Origin: Octopus sinensis
Taxonomy: Eukaryota
Length of the DNA stretch: 64,000 nucleotides
Assembly (NCBI RefSeq): GCF_006345805.1
Contig: NC_043001.1
Coordinates: forward strand, 49,972,001 to 50,036,000
Direction: 5' to 3'
Made by a program: the position numbers and the translations under genes
Notes under the pieces: model-generated
The model's database searches: none
The model's input: the letters and a program-made list of their open reading frames with translations, nothing else
Told to the model about the DNA's origin: nothing
Shown: one piece after another, positions 1 through 12,879 of the stretch
Numbering within the stretch: the first letter of the stretch is position 1
Layout of the letters: each line of letters opens with the position of its first letter

Positions 1-473
1 TACCAGAGTAACTTGGGACTTACAAAGGAAAAGCATCACATTATACAGAATGTATGAAACAAGGGTTAACAAAAAAAAAGCCTGAACATAAGCATAGACA
101 TTTAGGACAAACTTATGAAAATGATTAGGACAGTCAAAGGTTTAAATAAGATAAAGCCTTGAACACTTATTGATCATTGGGAAACTGAAAGGAAGAAGCT
201 GAAGAAGACCGAAGATACTTGATGGCCTTACCAACTGACTACAGCAAGGCCAACCTAGTAACATATTAAGTAATGCAAAAAGCAGTGGAGATCCAGGGTT
301 ACTAGCACCTGTAGGCATTGCACATACAACTATATGATTTGAAGAATTAGTTGCAATAACTAGCTGATTCAACAGCAGGCTCCCTCTTTTGTTCATATTG
401 GCTAGAGTTGTCTGCAGTTGTGAGCCCAAGAGCTTCCAAACTTTGCTATTGGGCCATGATGATGATAATGATA
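1..473 (+). mobile_element. RTE-clade LINE, degenerate 3' end
   Basis: Frame reads SLEHLLIIGKLKGRS*RRPKILDGLTN*L, matching the RTE ORF2 C-terminal pattern LEH...GK.EG.R.RGRP...DGL; ends in a (GAT)n tail at ~455-473. Confidence 0.7.
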
Positions 474-660
474 CAAAATAAGATGGATCTTTGTGGTTTT
501 CATCACTGTTTACAATTTTGTTCCAATTGTTTCAAATTTGGTATATGGATTAAGTTTTGTATACTAATTATGAAAAGGAAATTCATTTTACCTATAAATC
601 CATAATTAAGAAGCTATTAGTCTTTAAAATTTGCAAAATTTGATTATTTTACACATCACT

Positions 661-674
661 GTTTCTATAGTAAC
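661..674. promoter_or_regulatory. Perfect RFX X-box-like palindromic motif (candidate)
   Basis: gtttctatagtaac fits GTTNCYATRGNAAC exactly; motif match only, no functional evidence. Confidence 0.3.
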
Positions 675-1610
675 CAAAGATACTGTACATGTGCCCAAGG
701 AGGAGAAGGAAATATGAGAAAGATCTTCTACAACAATAATACTCGTGATTTTCTCTGTTACAACATATGAATGAGAAAGGAAGGGGTGATAGATGAATAA
801 GGAAGGAAAAGGTGATGGCAAACTGGTAGCGGGAGTGTTTCAACTGTGAGTGTATGTGTATGTAAAAGGGAGGTATGTGAATGTTTGTGTGTGTGTGTGT
901 GCACGCATGCAATGAAAGTGGGATGGTGAACATTCAAAGCTGAAAAGTAAAAACAAACAGCATTTCAACTCTGTGTGAGTATATGTGTGTATGTGTGTGT
1001 ATATGTGTGCATGTGACGACACAGGGCTAGATGGTTTATTTTATAAAATCCTAGAGTGTATTGCACTCTGTTTCAAATATTTCATTTGCTCGCGAATGTT
1101 TTAATGTTAATTTCATCCGTGTATATTTTAATGTTTTGACTGTTATTTCTAGCAATGCTTTAACATGCCTATGCCCCACCCCCACCGCCCCTGATGATGG
1201 AAGAGGCAGCAAACATGCTGTTTTCTGATAGGCTGAAAATTCTGAAAATGATCAAAATTTTGAACAACTGTAATTTTTTTCTGGAATAAATGAGTAACAA
1301 ATTTGGATTCAGAGCCAAAAATTACATCTACATGATACATTAAAAGATATTTTTTTTTTTAAAGATAATTGTAAACAGTGACAAAAACCACAAAGAACAA
1401 GTAAGATGACTAGTGGTGATTTGGAAACAAACAAAATGTGTGACTGCCACAGAATTCCAAGATGGAATTTGATCACATATGTGTAATAATCACAATAATG
1501 GAAATAATCACAAGAGAATTTCACTTTTAAGGTACAGTTTTCTCTTTGTTCTTTTTTTCTGTACTGCTGTGGTTTGAATCCCCATGAATGTGACAATGTA
1601 GAAATAATCG

Positions 1611-1990
1611 TTCAACATAATTTATGTATTTAGGACATTAATTCAATATAATTTATGAACTTAAAATATTTACATGATATTTCAAAATAATTTATGCTTT
1701 TAAGATATTTATATGCTATTTCAATATAATTTATTTAGGATATTTACATTGCATATTTCAATATAATTTATGTGTATCTTGTGTTTGCATGATATTGCAA
1801 TATAATTTATGTGTACTGGATATTTTTACATTCCAACATTTATGAGTATTGGATAATTAAATGTTCTGATATAATTTATGCATATATTTACAATTTTTAA
1901 TATCATTTATGTGGTTTGAATATTTACATATTTGAGTATAATTTATGCAAATTGGATAAATAACATGTTTCAATATAATTTATGTATATT
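1611..1990. repeat. Degenerate AT-rich minisatellite, about 11 units of 31-39 bp
   Basis: Anchor caatataatttatg (with variants) recurs at roughly 1613, 1644, 1683, 1722, 1759, 1798, 1832, 1867, 1899, 1935 and 1971. Confidence 0.85.
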
Positions 1991-1993
1991 GTA

Positions 1994-2140
1994 GGTGTGC
2001 CTGTGTAGTAAGAAGTTTGCTTTCCAACCACATGGTTCCAGGTTCAGTTCCACTGCATGGCACCTTGTGCAAGTGTCTTTTACTATAGCCTCAGGCTGAC
2101 CAAAGCCTCATGAATGGATTTGGTAGACAGAAGCTGAAAG

Positions 2141-2175
<35 letters not shown>

Positions 2176-2393
2176 CATGCGTGGTGTGTCATTTTGTATG
2201 TGTTTATCCCCCGCCACCATTTGACAACTAGTGTTGGTGTATTCATGCCCTTGTAACTTAGAAGTTTGGCAAAAGAGACTAACAGAATAAGTACCAGGCT
2301 TCCAAAAAAAATATTGGAATCAATTCTTTTGTTTAAAATTCTTCAAGGCAGTGCCCCAGCATGGCCTCAGTCTAATAATTGAAACAAGTAAAG
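1994..2393 (+). mobile_element. tRNA-derived SINE, type A
   Basis: tRNA-like head (gtgtagtaagaagtttgc...ggttcagttccactgcatggcacc), central (TG)n and tail ...gaaacaagtaaag; homologous to many copies in this window. Confidence 0.9.
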
Positions 2394-2647
2394 GGTTGTA
2401 TACTTACTTACATAAACATCTTAATTTGTGCATATATGATAATTTCAACATAATTTCTACATAAGAGATAATTATATATCTTAATAAGATTTGTTGTTGT
2501 GATGGGGAAGTAGATAAGAACTCGCCAAAGCATTCAGTGAAACTAAGAAATAGGAATCATCTAGTCAAATTTTCCATCAGGACATTAACTGAGATTTCTT
2601 TCTTTCTTTTGCCAGAAAAGTGGAAGAAGTAGGTGAAGTGTAACAAA

Positions 2648-2820
2648 GAACCAGGCAGAGAACAAAGGCAAGAACTAGGTTGAGCATGACAAGAAGTAGG
2701 TCAAGTAAGCCAGCAAGAACTAGGTCAAGCAGAGCAATGAAAACTAGTTCAAGCATGACAATAAGAACAAGGTCAAGAATGACTGATGTGACAGAAAGAA
2801 ACTGGTCAAGTTTAGCAGTG
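2648..2820. repeat. Degenerate 21-24 bp tandem repeat
   Basis: About 6 units resembling caagaactaggtcaagcagagcaa. Confidence 0.7.
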
Positions 2821-3122
2821 GGAAGTCCAGTTCTAATTGGAAAATGGCAAGGAAATACTCTGCTGCTTGGATGAGAAATGTGAAAGTAAATAATAGGAAA
2901 TATTTAATAAAGAGACAGTAGCATACTTCCAGCCTAACTTAAATGGTCCCAGAGTCCAGCGTACTGAAAGAGATGAAGGGAAAGTGGTTGATTGAATGGT
3001 GAGGCAGCAGACTTGTGCTTTAGTAAGCAAACACAATCAGTATGGCATTCGCTGCAAAAAATGAGGAGGAGGAGGTATCACCTTAACTGTAACATCCTGA
3101 CAACCATGATTAACAACACTGC

Positions 3123-3124
<2 letters not shown>

Positions 3125-3170
<46 letters not shown>

Positions 3171-3287
3171 TAATAATAATAATAATGATAATAAAAATAA
3201 TAATTAAAAAAATAATAAAAATAAAAATAAAAATAATAATAAAAATAATAATAATAATAAAAATAATAATATAAATAATAATAAAAA

Positions 3288-3362
<75 letters not shown>
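3125..3362. repeat. (AAT)n microsatellite, interrupted
   Basis: Seen directly in the sequence. Confidence 0.98.
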
Positions 3363-3363
<1 letters not shown>

Positions 3364-3689
3364 TGATGATTATGAAGGCAGTGGCGATGGTAATGGTGGA
3401 AGTGACTGATTAGTCATCATGATGCAGATATATTAAAGTTCAAAGACCTGACAAGCGAGGAATTCAATCTGATGTGGAAAGAAAATGTATTAAAAATGCA
3501 TGATGATGATGATACAAATCAGTGAAGGCTAGAAACTAAGTAAGTATACAGTAACAAGAGACTGAAACCTTATAACAAAGGAATGGTTAAAAGAGCTATT
3601 TAGGTAGTTGTTTGTGTGTGTGTGTGTGTGTGTATACATACAAATATTTTGACCAAAAACTTTGTGTGTATGTGTAACAAAATACTGAT

Positions 3690-4135
3690 TGTATGAAGTA
3701 ATGTCTAAGGAGTGTGGTGCTGTATGACAAGCAAATACAAGTGTTGTATATGGAAGAAGTGTGGGGGACTGGTGAGAAATGAGTCAGGTGTGATATATTA
3801 ATGCTATAGCGGAAACCTATGAGGAAGGTGGGACACAGGTGAGATGAGAGAGTGGCTAGCTGGCTGGACATTAAACTAGATGAAAGATGGTTGTGATGAC
3901 TATATGTGATGAGTTCTGGGAGTAGTAAAGTTTGCCATGGTGGGGCTGACAACGGAAGCTCCCTATGGAAAAGATAGACACTAAAGGAGGAGATAAGTGG
4001 TAAGGACAGATTTCAAGCTCTTGGGTCTTACAGATGAGATAAAGGATTGAAATGAGCCATATTGTACGGCTAGTAGAATGATGATAAGGTTCTGCAGTAG
4101 CAGAATAAAGTAGCTGACAGAAGATTTAGTGGGAG
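3690..4135 (-). mobile_element. Penelope-like element relic (RT C-terminal linker to start of GIY-YIG)
   Basis: Across frameshifts the minus strand gives VLTTY..PPLVSI, then ITYSHHNHLSSSLMSSQL (cf. AYRR..NL...LV.S.L), then HTSSIYNTCIC (cf. CTSSN.IY.I.C), in the order expected for Penelope-like elements. Confidence 0.5.
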
Positions 4136-5698
4136 GGTCAGCAAAACTTTTCTCCCCCACATATACATGTCTACATACATTAGATGCACAAATTGATAAT
4201 TAACTATTCATCTTGTCAGATAACAGCTGTCGCTCATTCAGAATGAGACATCAGTACATTGTTGAATTTAAGTGACAAAAGTTTGTACAATACTTCTCAC
4301 ACTCTCTGTTAATACAGTAGGTTACAAATGACTGGTACTGTTTTGAATGCAAGTTTTATGTCTGACTATCTTCTGCTTCAAAGAGCTGCCTTCCCCACAG
4401 CTTTGTCAAAAGTAACAAGAGCCTCTTTTATCAATAGAAAACCTATTTAGCCCCTAGATGGGACCCTAACAGGTGCTACCATTTGGGGCAGAATGGGCCT
4501 GTGAGTAATGGTAATTAAGGAGCAACTCCACACTCCTCAAAACTCCAGGATTGGAGCCCTGTCACCTGATGTAGTTTAATGTTGTAAATTTTAAACACTA
4601 TTCGTGTTTATATGTGTGAGCATGTTTGCTTGTCCATGAGAGTTCCAAATGTAAAGAAGTAGAATAAAGTACCATATTTGAAAATATGGGTTGGCATCAT
4701 GAAGGGCATCTCACAATTGAACACTGCCTCAAGAAGTCTCATATAACTCATATCAGTGTGGGAAAAGCAGAGGTGAAAAAAACAAAAAAAAAAACAATGA
4801 TAACATATTCTTTTCATATACAACCTCACAATGATTACAAATGTTGAGGTAGTGAACTACTGACTAACTACACCTGTGTTCAGGCCCTTGTTCAGTCACT
4901 ACACTGGAATCCTGGGCAAGACAAGTTAACTTCCCAAAGTTTACACAGGTAAAAAGAGGTGCCACTCAAATTATACCTCTTGGTATTTTGCAGAAAGAAC
5001 ATCCTCCAGCTGTGGAAATACTTTCTGCCAACAAAACCATCCTAGTCATAAAGGATTGGGTTTAAAACATTTCTGAATAATGAAGTATTATATCTATGAA
5101 ATATGATATAATGCAGGCAGAGGAAATCATGCAAAATACAAATTTAATTAAAACATTCTCAAGAAATTTCAACTTTATGGAATTTAAATATTTATATTTA
5201 TTTTGCTTGTTTTTATTTTATCAATTCTAGTATCTCTAAATATTTCAGTTTAAAGAATCAATTTATTCCACCACCACTCCAAACTGCCCGTACTTCTTTC
5301 CTCCAAATGATGCCAAATTGTTAAAGAATTTACTTAATTGAAGTCACACAGAACATGAGAACTTCAGCTAGCTGGGCTAGAAAATAGTATCAACTATCTT
5401 AGAGAAATGTTCATGGTCTATATCCCATTACTTGTACTGTGTTATGTCCATGGAAGAATAAATAGATTCTTAAACAGCCCTTCAACTAGTTCTAAACAAG
5501 TACCATGCTAACAACGCTAGCTAACTTCAAATTCCCTTGTGTATGATGCTTGGAGACAAGTAAGTTCAACCAGCCTGATTTTACCCTACATCAATGATGT
5601 AGGGTAATACACAACAGCTGTAATACACCACAGCTTTTTTACATAATCATAATGGCCTTCAAAGAAAAAAAATGTCCCTCCAATATAATGTTATAAAA

Positions 5699-6040
5699 AA
5701 GGTATCCCAGTTCAGTCACACTATGTGGCACCTTGGGCAAGTGTCTTCTACTATAGCCTCGGGCTGACCAAAGTCTTGTGAATGTATTTGGTAGATGGAA
5801 ACTGAAAGAAGCCCATTGTATGTATGTGTGTCTTTGTATCTGCATCTGTCCCCTACCCACCATTGCTTGACAACCAATGTTGATGTGTTTACATCCCTGT
5901 AACTTAGCAGTCCAGCAAAAGAACCTGTAGAATAGGCTTACAAAGAATAAGTTCTTGGGTCGATTTCTGCAACTAAAAAAACCCCTTAAGGCAGTGCTCC
6001 AGCACGGCTACAGTCAAATGACTGTAACAAGCAAAAGAAT
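5699..6040 (+). mobile_element. SINE type A (5'-truncated)
   Basis: gttcagtcacactatgtggcaccttgggcaagtgtc... through ...caaatgactgtaacaagc; homologous to the 25292 copy. Confidence 0.9.
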
Positions 6041-6062
6041 ATAAGCCTTAGATCTAAAATAT

Positions 6063-6290
6063 ATCTTATTTGTTTCAGTCATTAGATTGCAGCAATGCTG
6101 GGGAACCACCTTGTAGAATTTTAGTTGAACTAATCTATCCCAGTACTTAATTCCTTTTTAAGCCTGGAACTTATTCTATCAGTCTTCTTTGTCGAACCGC
6201 TCAGTTGCAAGGATGAAAAACACCAACAACAGTTGTCAAATGGTGGTGGGGGGCAAATACAGACATAAAGACACACACAAACGCACCTTT
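6063..6290 (-). mobile_element. SINE type A, 3' half
   Basis: Reverse complement of the type A tail (ttgtttcagtcattagattgcagc...). Confidence 0.85.
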
Positions 6291-6319
6291 TATCTTTTAC
6301 ATGTTTCTATCATTGAACT

Positions 6320-6682
6320 ATAGCAAATGCTGCAGCACTGCTTAGAAGGGCTTTAATTGAATGAGTCAACCCTGGTACTGATTTGTTAAAGTTGGATACT
6401 TATTCTGTAGGTAACTGCTAAGTTACGGAGACATAAACAAACCAACACCAGTTGTCAAACAGTGGTGGAGTACAAACATAAACACACACACACACACACA
6501 CATATGTATGCATACACAATGTGCTTCTTTCAGTCTTTCAGTTTCTGTTCATCAAATCCACTCATAGGGCTTTGGTAGGCCTGGGGTTATAATAGAAGAC
6601 ATTTGTCAATGATGCCACACAGAAACTGAACCTGGAACCATGTGGCTGGGAAGCAAAAGTCTTACCACGTAGCCATGCCAGC
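6320..6682 (-). mobile_element. SINE type A, degenerate near-full copy
   Basis: ...aagttacggagacataaacaaacc...(CA)n...gaacctggaaccatgtgg...cttaccacgtagccatgcc. Confidence 0.85.
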
Positions 6683-7953
6683 ACAAACTTGAGCTAGATA
6701 GTCAGTCAGTTAATTTCTTTTAGCATGCTGCAATCCACATAAAGAGAAAAGTTAAGAAAAGTTTGAAATGCTCTAAGGTGGATTATTGGCAACAGGTGGA
6801 AATAGTTGATTAAAGCTAATTCAATCATATTTTGAAACACACTGTGACAATATATATTACATGGCAAAAGGAGGACAAAGAAGTGAACGCAAACGTAAGA
6901 ACCTAGTGATATCGAATAATTGACAAAAGACCAAGATTGAAAACTTATACAAACCATGCCAGCATAGAAAAATATACCAAAAAATAACAATGATGACAAT
7001 AAAGGCATTTAGATGGCTCACTTCATTGTATTTCCAAACTTTTTAGACAAAGGAGATAAAAGAATAGAATGAGTTATTGTTAACTTAGTGTTTAAAGGAG
7101 AAACTAGTGCCTGAAGAAAAAAAAATGGTATTTAAATCATTCTGCTCTTATTTGGTTGAGTTCTCTAATTCTTTAGGATTGATGAGAAATCTGAAGAGAA
7201 AATACATTCTCCCTCCAATGAAAATAGAATGTGCTGACAGAATTGAAATATTTACCAAAATGATTTAATGCTATATAAAGTAGATAGGAGTGAGAGGAGC
7301 TCTATCTTTCATTGAGTGAAACCCATACCAGCAGCCCAAAGTATGTAGAGCATAAATGATGATGATAATGGTAGACTTTTTTTTCATGTTATTCTCTGAT
7401 GAGACACTCAGATGATTGTTACTGGAGTATTAAGTATTTCACAACTGTTTTTTAAATATATATATTTTTTTTTCTTCCTTGCTCTCAAAGGTCAGTTTCT
7501 CTTCAGATATACTGACAGCCTGGAGATTATACCACTTAACTTGAGTCACCTTGTTTTTCCTTTCCAATTTTATCAATATTTCCTTGGCGTCATAAGCATT
7601 TTTTACATTTTGTTATCTGACAAATGAAACCTTGACAAGGGGGTAAAAAAAAAAATAAAACAAGTTTTCTCAACACCAAAAGGCCTTGTAAGTAGCCTAC
7701 CCATCCACAAGAAAAAATTTATGTCAAACAGGCAGTTCAAAGACTGTTCCACAAACAATGTTGTCAACATCATGCAAAGTACTATCTCTCTTTCACATTG
7801 CTCACTTAATAAATTTTATATATGTATACTGCACACAAGTGAAATTAAAAAAGGTTATTTTGCTATGGTTCTAAATCCAGAGTGGCACCTTAGGCAAGTG
7901 TCATATATTTATATTTATTTTATATATATAAGTGTGTTGTGTGTGTCTATATA

Positions 7954-8327
7954 TTCTTTTATTTGTTTCAGCTATTTGACGGTGGCCATGCTGGAGCACT
8001 GCCTTTAGTTAAGCAAATCGACCCCAGGACTTATTCTTTGTAAGCCTAGTACTTATACTATTGGTCTCCTTTGCTGAACCACTAAGTTACGGTGACATAA
8101 ACACACCAGCATTGGTTGTCAACCGATGTTGGGGTGACGCACACACACACACACACACACATTCAGCAGGCTTCTTTCAGTTTCCATCCACCAAATCCAC
8201 TTAGAAGGCTTTGGTTGGCACAAGGCTATAGTAGAAGACACTTGCCCAAGGTGCCATGCAGTGAGACTGAACCCAGAACCATGTGGTTGGTATGCAAAGC
8301 TACTTACCACACAGCCACTCCTGCGCC
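7954..8327 (-). mobile_element. SINE type A, full length
   Basis: Runs from the tail (ttcttttatttgtttcag) to the head (cacagccactcctgcgcc). Confidence 0.95.
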
Positions 8328-8883
8328 TATGTACATATAATTTAATGGCCACACATGATACTGGGTCCAAAGACTACATTGTGTTCCAGTATCTGCTTTG
8401 GCATGGCTTCTATAATTAGATAACCTTTCTAATGTAAGTCACGTGTACAGGATGCCTTTTCGGGGTACTATCTCTACTGCATGCTGGTGCTCCAAAAAAG
8501 GCACCCAGTGTGTGTTTGTGTATTTAAAGTTGCGCAGCTAAAAGTTTGCTTTAAAACCTAGTGATTTAAAGTTTAGTCCCACTACATGAACCTTGTCGAC
8601 AAAAGTTCTGAGCAAAAACTGCAGTCAAACAACACCTTGTAAGTGAGGCTGATACAAGAAACCAAGGAGGCATGCATGTATGTATGTGTGAAAGAGAGAG
8701 AGAGTTCATATTTTCTCTCTGTTTTATGTATTCACTAACTTGTAAACAAAACAGCCTCACAATTAAATACAAACAGTATTGTATGTACTATGGACCCCTT
8801 TGGCTCCTATTTTAGTTAGGGGGTGGGACCCACATCGCCATTCAATGTCTAAAAACTCCAATTATAGTTTTATGATTAAATAT

Positions 8884-9288
8884 TACTCTTTTACTTGTTT
8901 CAGTCATTTGACTGCAGCCATGCTGGAGCACCGCCTTTAGTTGAGCAAATCAACCCCAGGACTTATTCTTTGTAAGCCTAGTACTTATTCTATTGGTCCC
9001 TTTTGCAGAACTGCTAAGTTACGGGGACGTAAATACACCAGCATCGGTTGTCAAGTGATGTTGGGGCGACAAACACAGACACACAAACATATACACACAT
9101 AAATATACATATATATACATATATACGACGGACTTCTTTCAGTTTCTATCTACCAAATCTACTCATAAGGCTTTGGTCGGCCCAAGGCTATAGTAGAAGA
9201 CACTTGCCCAAGGTGCCACCCAGTGGGACTGAACCCGGAACCATGTAGTTCATAAGCAAGCTACTTACCACACAGCCACTCCTACGCC
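8884..9288 (-). mobile_element. SINE type A, full length
   Basis: Close homologue of 7954-8327, with intact head and tail. Confidence 0.95.
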
Positions 9289-10714
9289 TACCAGGAATTT
9301 GTTTTTTAAATGTTTAAATATTTTGTGTATTGTAGAAATATAATCAGCTTTTTACACACAAATGTTTTATAGAAAAACCATATATGGACACGCAAGGGCC
9401 ATACAAACGCCAGCTGAGAACCACTGGCCTAGAGGATTATTACTTTGCTCAGAAACAGGTGAGGGTTGACAAGAGGAGGGGCATCCAATTATAGAAAACC
9501 TGCCATAATTCTGTATGATATATGTAAGCACAGAACAGTGAACATTAAAATGATGATGATATATGAAGACATGCTTGTAGAACACGTTTTAATACTATAT
9601 TATTGTTGTTACTCCAGTTCTTGATTTGAATTCCTTGCATATCTTCATAGTTTTGCACGTCTTAACCAGTGAAAGGAAGAATATTCTTATCTCTAAGCAC
9701 TCCACTGTAAAGTAAGATGGGAGTTTGTTGTTAGTTTGAGAAACTGCACCATGTAGATTTGGTTGCTTTGCTTAGGGGCACAACACAGAAAAGGTGAAGG
9801 TATGATCATATGGTTAAAATGTTTACTTTGCAATCACATGATTTCAGGTTTAATTACAGTATACAACACTTTGGACAGGTGTCTTTTAACATAGCCTCAA
9901 GTCAAGCTAAGTATTGTGAGTGAAATTAGATGGAAACTTTGTAGAAACTACTAGGCTGCACCTGTTCTTGGTTAACAGATTTAATTCATAGCCAGGTGTA
10001 ACACATCCAGAATGCTGCTTAATGTTTTTAGCAGAAACTAATCAATTAGAAGTATTCAATGAATCCTCTGATAACTAAATGTACTGATTTCTACTGGAAC
10101 AAACTGTTAGTTGTAAACTGTTCCTCTCTTTTCCCCTCCTCCAGTCTTGGAGATCTTGCAATGATCATGGGTGCTGTCCTTCCTATTTTAAATAAACCAT
10201 AGACAGAAGTTGAAATGACCCTACTCAAGGAAATAAACTGAGTGACCAATCAAATTACTTGATATCATGTGCTGCATACACTATAAAAATATTTCAACAG
10301 ATTGCAAGTACTTTTGTTTTTGCTGCTGGAACAGATCATTTACACCTAATAGAAACAGCAGCCAACTTTCACTCAAATCATAGTTTCGTGCACGTATGTG
10401 TGCATGCATGTGTAAGAAAGCTCTAGTATTTCTATATGGTAGCTAAACTTGATAAAACCAAGGGACAAATCTTGCTCCAGTGACTCTCTGTAACACTTAC
10501 ATACTGACACACAGTAACATATTGACAACAGTAAAACACACACAGACACAACAATTTGCAGAAATGCATACTAGGAGGGGTAGATGCCAATCTCCTGAAC
10601 TGTTAGAAATAGCAACTAAACTTCCTGGATACATTTGACAATATAGTCCCTGATATACAAAAAGACATGATAATGGTTTGAATGCTTTTTATCATACATA
10701 CAAAGATAAATATG

Positions 10715-10778
<64 letters not shown>

Positions 10779-10790
10779 TATATATATACA
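10715..10790. repeat. (TA)n microsatellite
   Basis: Seen directly; source of the YIYIYI ORFs in the track. Confidence 0.98.
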
Positions 10791-11974
10791 CACTCATACA
10801 TACATTTTTTCTATGTAAACATACTATATATGCTAGTATACACACAAATACTCAGACAAACATACCGTATACATATGCACAAATATAAACATGGATATAC
10901 AAACACATATACAGGCAAACACAGAGTTGCATGCACACACACAAATACACAATCACTTTCACACACACACACACACACACATATTACCAATGATTGTGAG
11001 TGGATGTATGAAGCTAATGCATATAAGACTGGTAAAGAGAGAGAGGGAGGGAGCTGACACATTAATTAGAGGGTATAACAAGTAACACAGCAGAGATAGA
11101 ATTTCCTCTCTTGATGTCATTGGTAGAGACCCTTATCAGTGTGTCATGTCATGCTTACAGCAAATCTAACCCTAACGCCTTTGGTAGCAATTCTTATCAG
11201 TGTTAGAATGTCTTGCTATGACATGACCTGACAATGTCATACACTACATCCCATGTCAACATTCTACCAATACATGAATTATACCCTGCCCCACCCATTG
11301 CATAGGGGAAAATGGTTGCAGTCTTGAAAAATCTTGCAGTAATGTGGAATTCCATAGCATGAAACCTATTTATGTTACATTGAAGACAATGGATGTAAAT
11401 CAAGAGGAAAACTCATAAAATGTTATAGAATTCTACATTATGGCAAAATTTTCAGGAATGCGAGGCTTCCATAACGCAGAGAATGCTTGTATTTAGTTGT
11501 TACAATACAGGGTACCACCTTACAAAACCAAGGCACATGCTAGCATTACATTGTATATGTAACATAAATGCTAGGTAGGGAGAGTATTTTTAAAGAAGCA
11601 GTGCTAAGTTCTAGCTTCATACCAAAGCGAATGATAGGTAAAACCACTTCCTGGATAGGAAGCTAGTCTACGACAGGTAACATTCTCCAGATGATCTACA
11701 ACCTATTCCTGGATGCTAAATGTACTGCGGTAATATATAATACTGTGTTCAGACTTTAACAATAGGTTTCATCTAACAGCCACTATCATACACTACAATG
11801 GCACAAGACATTAGATTTATGGCCATAGACTCTAAGAAATCCTCTACAAGTTTTAATGCAGAGTTGTTGTTTTTTTTTTTGGGGGGGGGGTTATCCTACA
11901 TTTAAATTCTACACATGCAGAAAAACAAAAAAAAAAGTGATTTTTTTTTCAAACATTATCGCTTTACATCTCTA

Positions 11975-12290
11975 TTGAGGGGCAAGTGCCTTTTGCTTCA
12001 AGCTGACCAAAACCTTGTGAGTAGATTTGGTAAAAGGAAACTGAAGGAAATCCATTTTTTTTTTGTGTGTTTGTGTGTGTACCCTAGTCTAGACATTGCA
12101 TGATGGTTGAAAATAAGTATTACTCTCATACAAGCAAAAACATGTCTAGCCATGGAAAAAATATGACCTTGCTTAGAAACAGATGATGGTTGGCAACAGG
12201 AAGGGCATCCTGCCACACAAAATCTGCCTCAACAAATTCCATCTGACCTATGCAAGCATGGAAAAGTAAACATTAGATGATGATTTTCAA
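11975..12290 (+). mobile_element. SINE, type A head with alternative (GAT)n-terminated tail
   Basis: Type A mid-head followed by ggttggcaacaggaagggcatcc...catggaaaagtaaacattagatgatga. Confidence 0.8.
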
Positions 12291-12613
12291 TAAGAATATC
12301 CAGAAATTATGTCATCCTGGATTGTGATGCTGCCAGAATATTAGCAATGTTAACTCACATATTTTTACAGTCTGATGTGGTGATAAGATGGATGAATAGA
12401 TAAGGCATTGAACTCCTAGCTCATTAGTTGTAAATTCAAATATACTGTTTAAATTTTGTTTTCTCTTAATCTTACACAAAAACAATCTCATCTTCTTCAG
12501 TTTAAAAACATCAATTGGTTTTGAGAGCCAAGTGTTAAAGAAAGACTGCAAGATCCACTAAAGATCTCCCATTTCTGCTACTCCATTGCAGTTGAGGAGA
12601 GCAATATTAATAA

Positions 12614-12826
12614 TTCTTTCAACTAAAGGCACAAGACCTGAAATATTGAGAGAGTGGATCAGTCGACTACATTGAACCCAGTGCCTAACTGGTTTTCATT
12701 TTAATGACACTGAAAGGATGAAAGGCAAAGATGACCTCAGTGGAATTTGAACTCAGAACATAGCAACAAACGAAATATTGCAAATCATTTTGCCTGGTGT
12801 GCTAACAATTCTGCCAGCTTACCACC
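12614..12826 (-). mobile_element. SINE type B, older variant
   Basis: gaatttgaactcagaac...ctgccagcttaccacc head and ggcacaagacctgaaat tail. Confidence 0.8.
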
Positions 12827-12879
12827 TTCAGCAATATTATTAAGATGAAAAAAAAAAAGGCATCGAAGGGGTGATGTAT

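Noticed and set aside
1611-1990. CRISPR-like repeat-spacer appearance
   Set aside because: Eukaryotic context, degenerate repeats, related AT-only spacers and no cas genes.
7470-7615. Minus-strand frame NAYDAKEILIKLERKNKVTQVKWYNLQ...
   Set aside because: Bounded by stops, with no usable acceptor after the upstream TAA; more likely a transposon relic or chance.
8116-8340. Recurrent ORFs of the ...SAQGYSRRHLPKVP... type (5639, 8116, 9048, 25282, 38671)
   Set aside because: Antisense translation of the type A SINE, not a gene family.
10603-11085. Cluster of ORFs ([10 protein letters not shown])
   Set aside because: Translations of (TA)n and (CA)n microsatellites; the same applies to ORFs at 2992, 16523, 42905-43441, 45218-45526 and 50387-50700.
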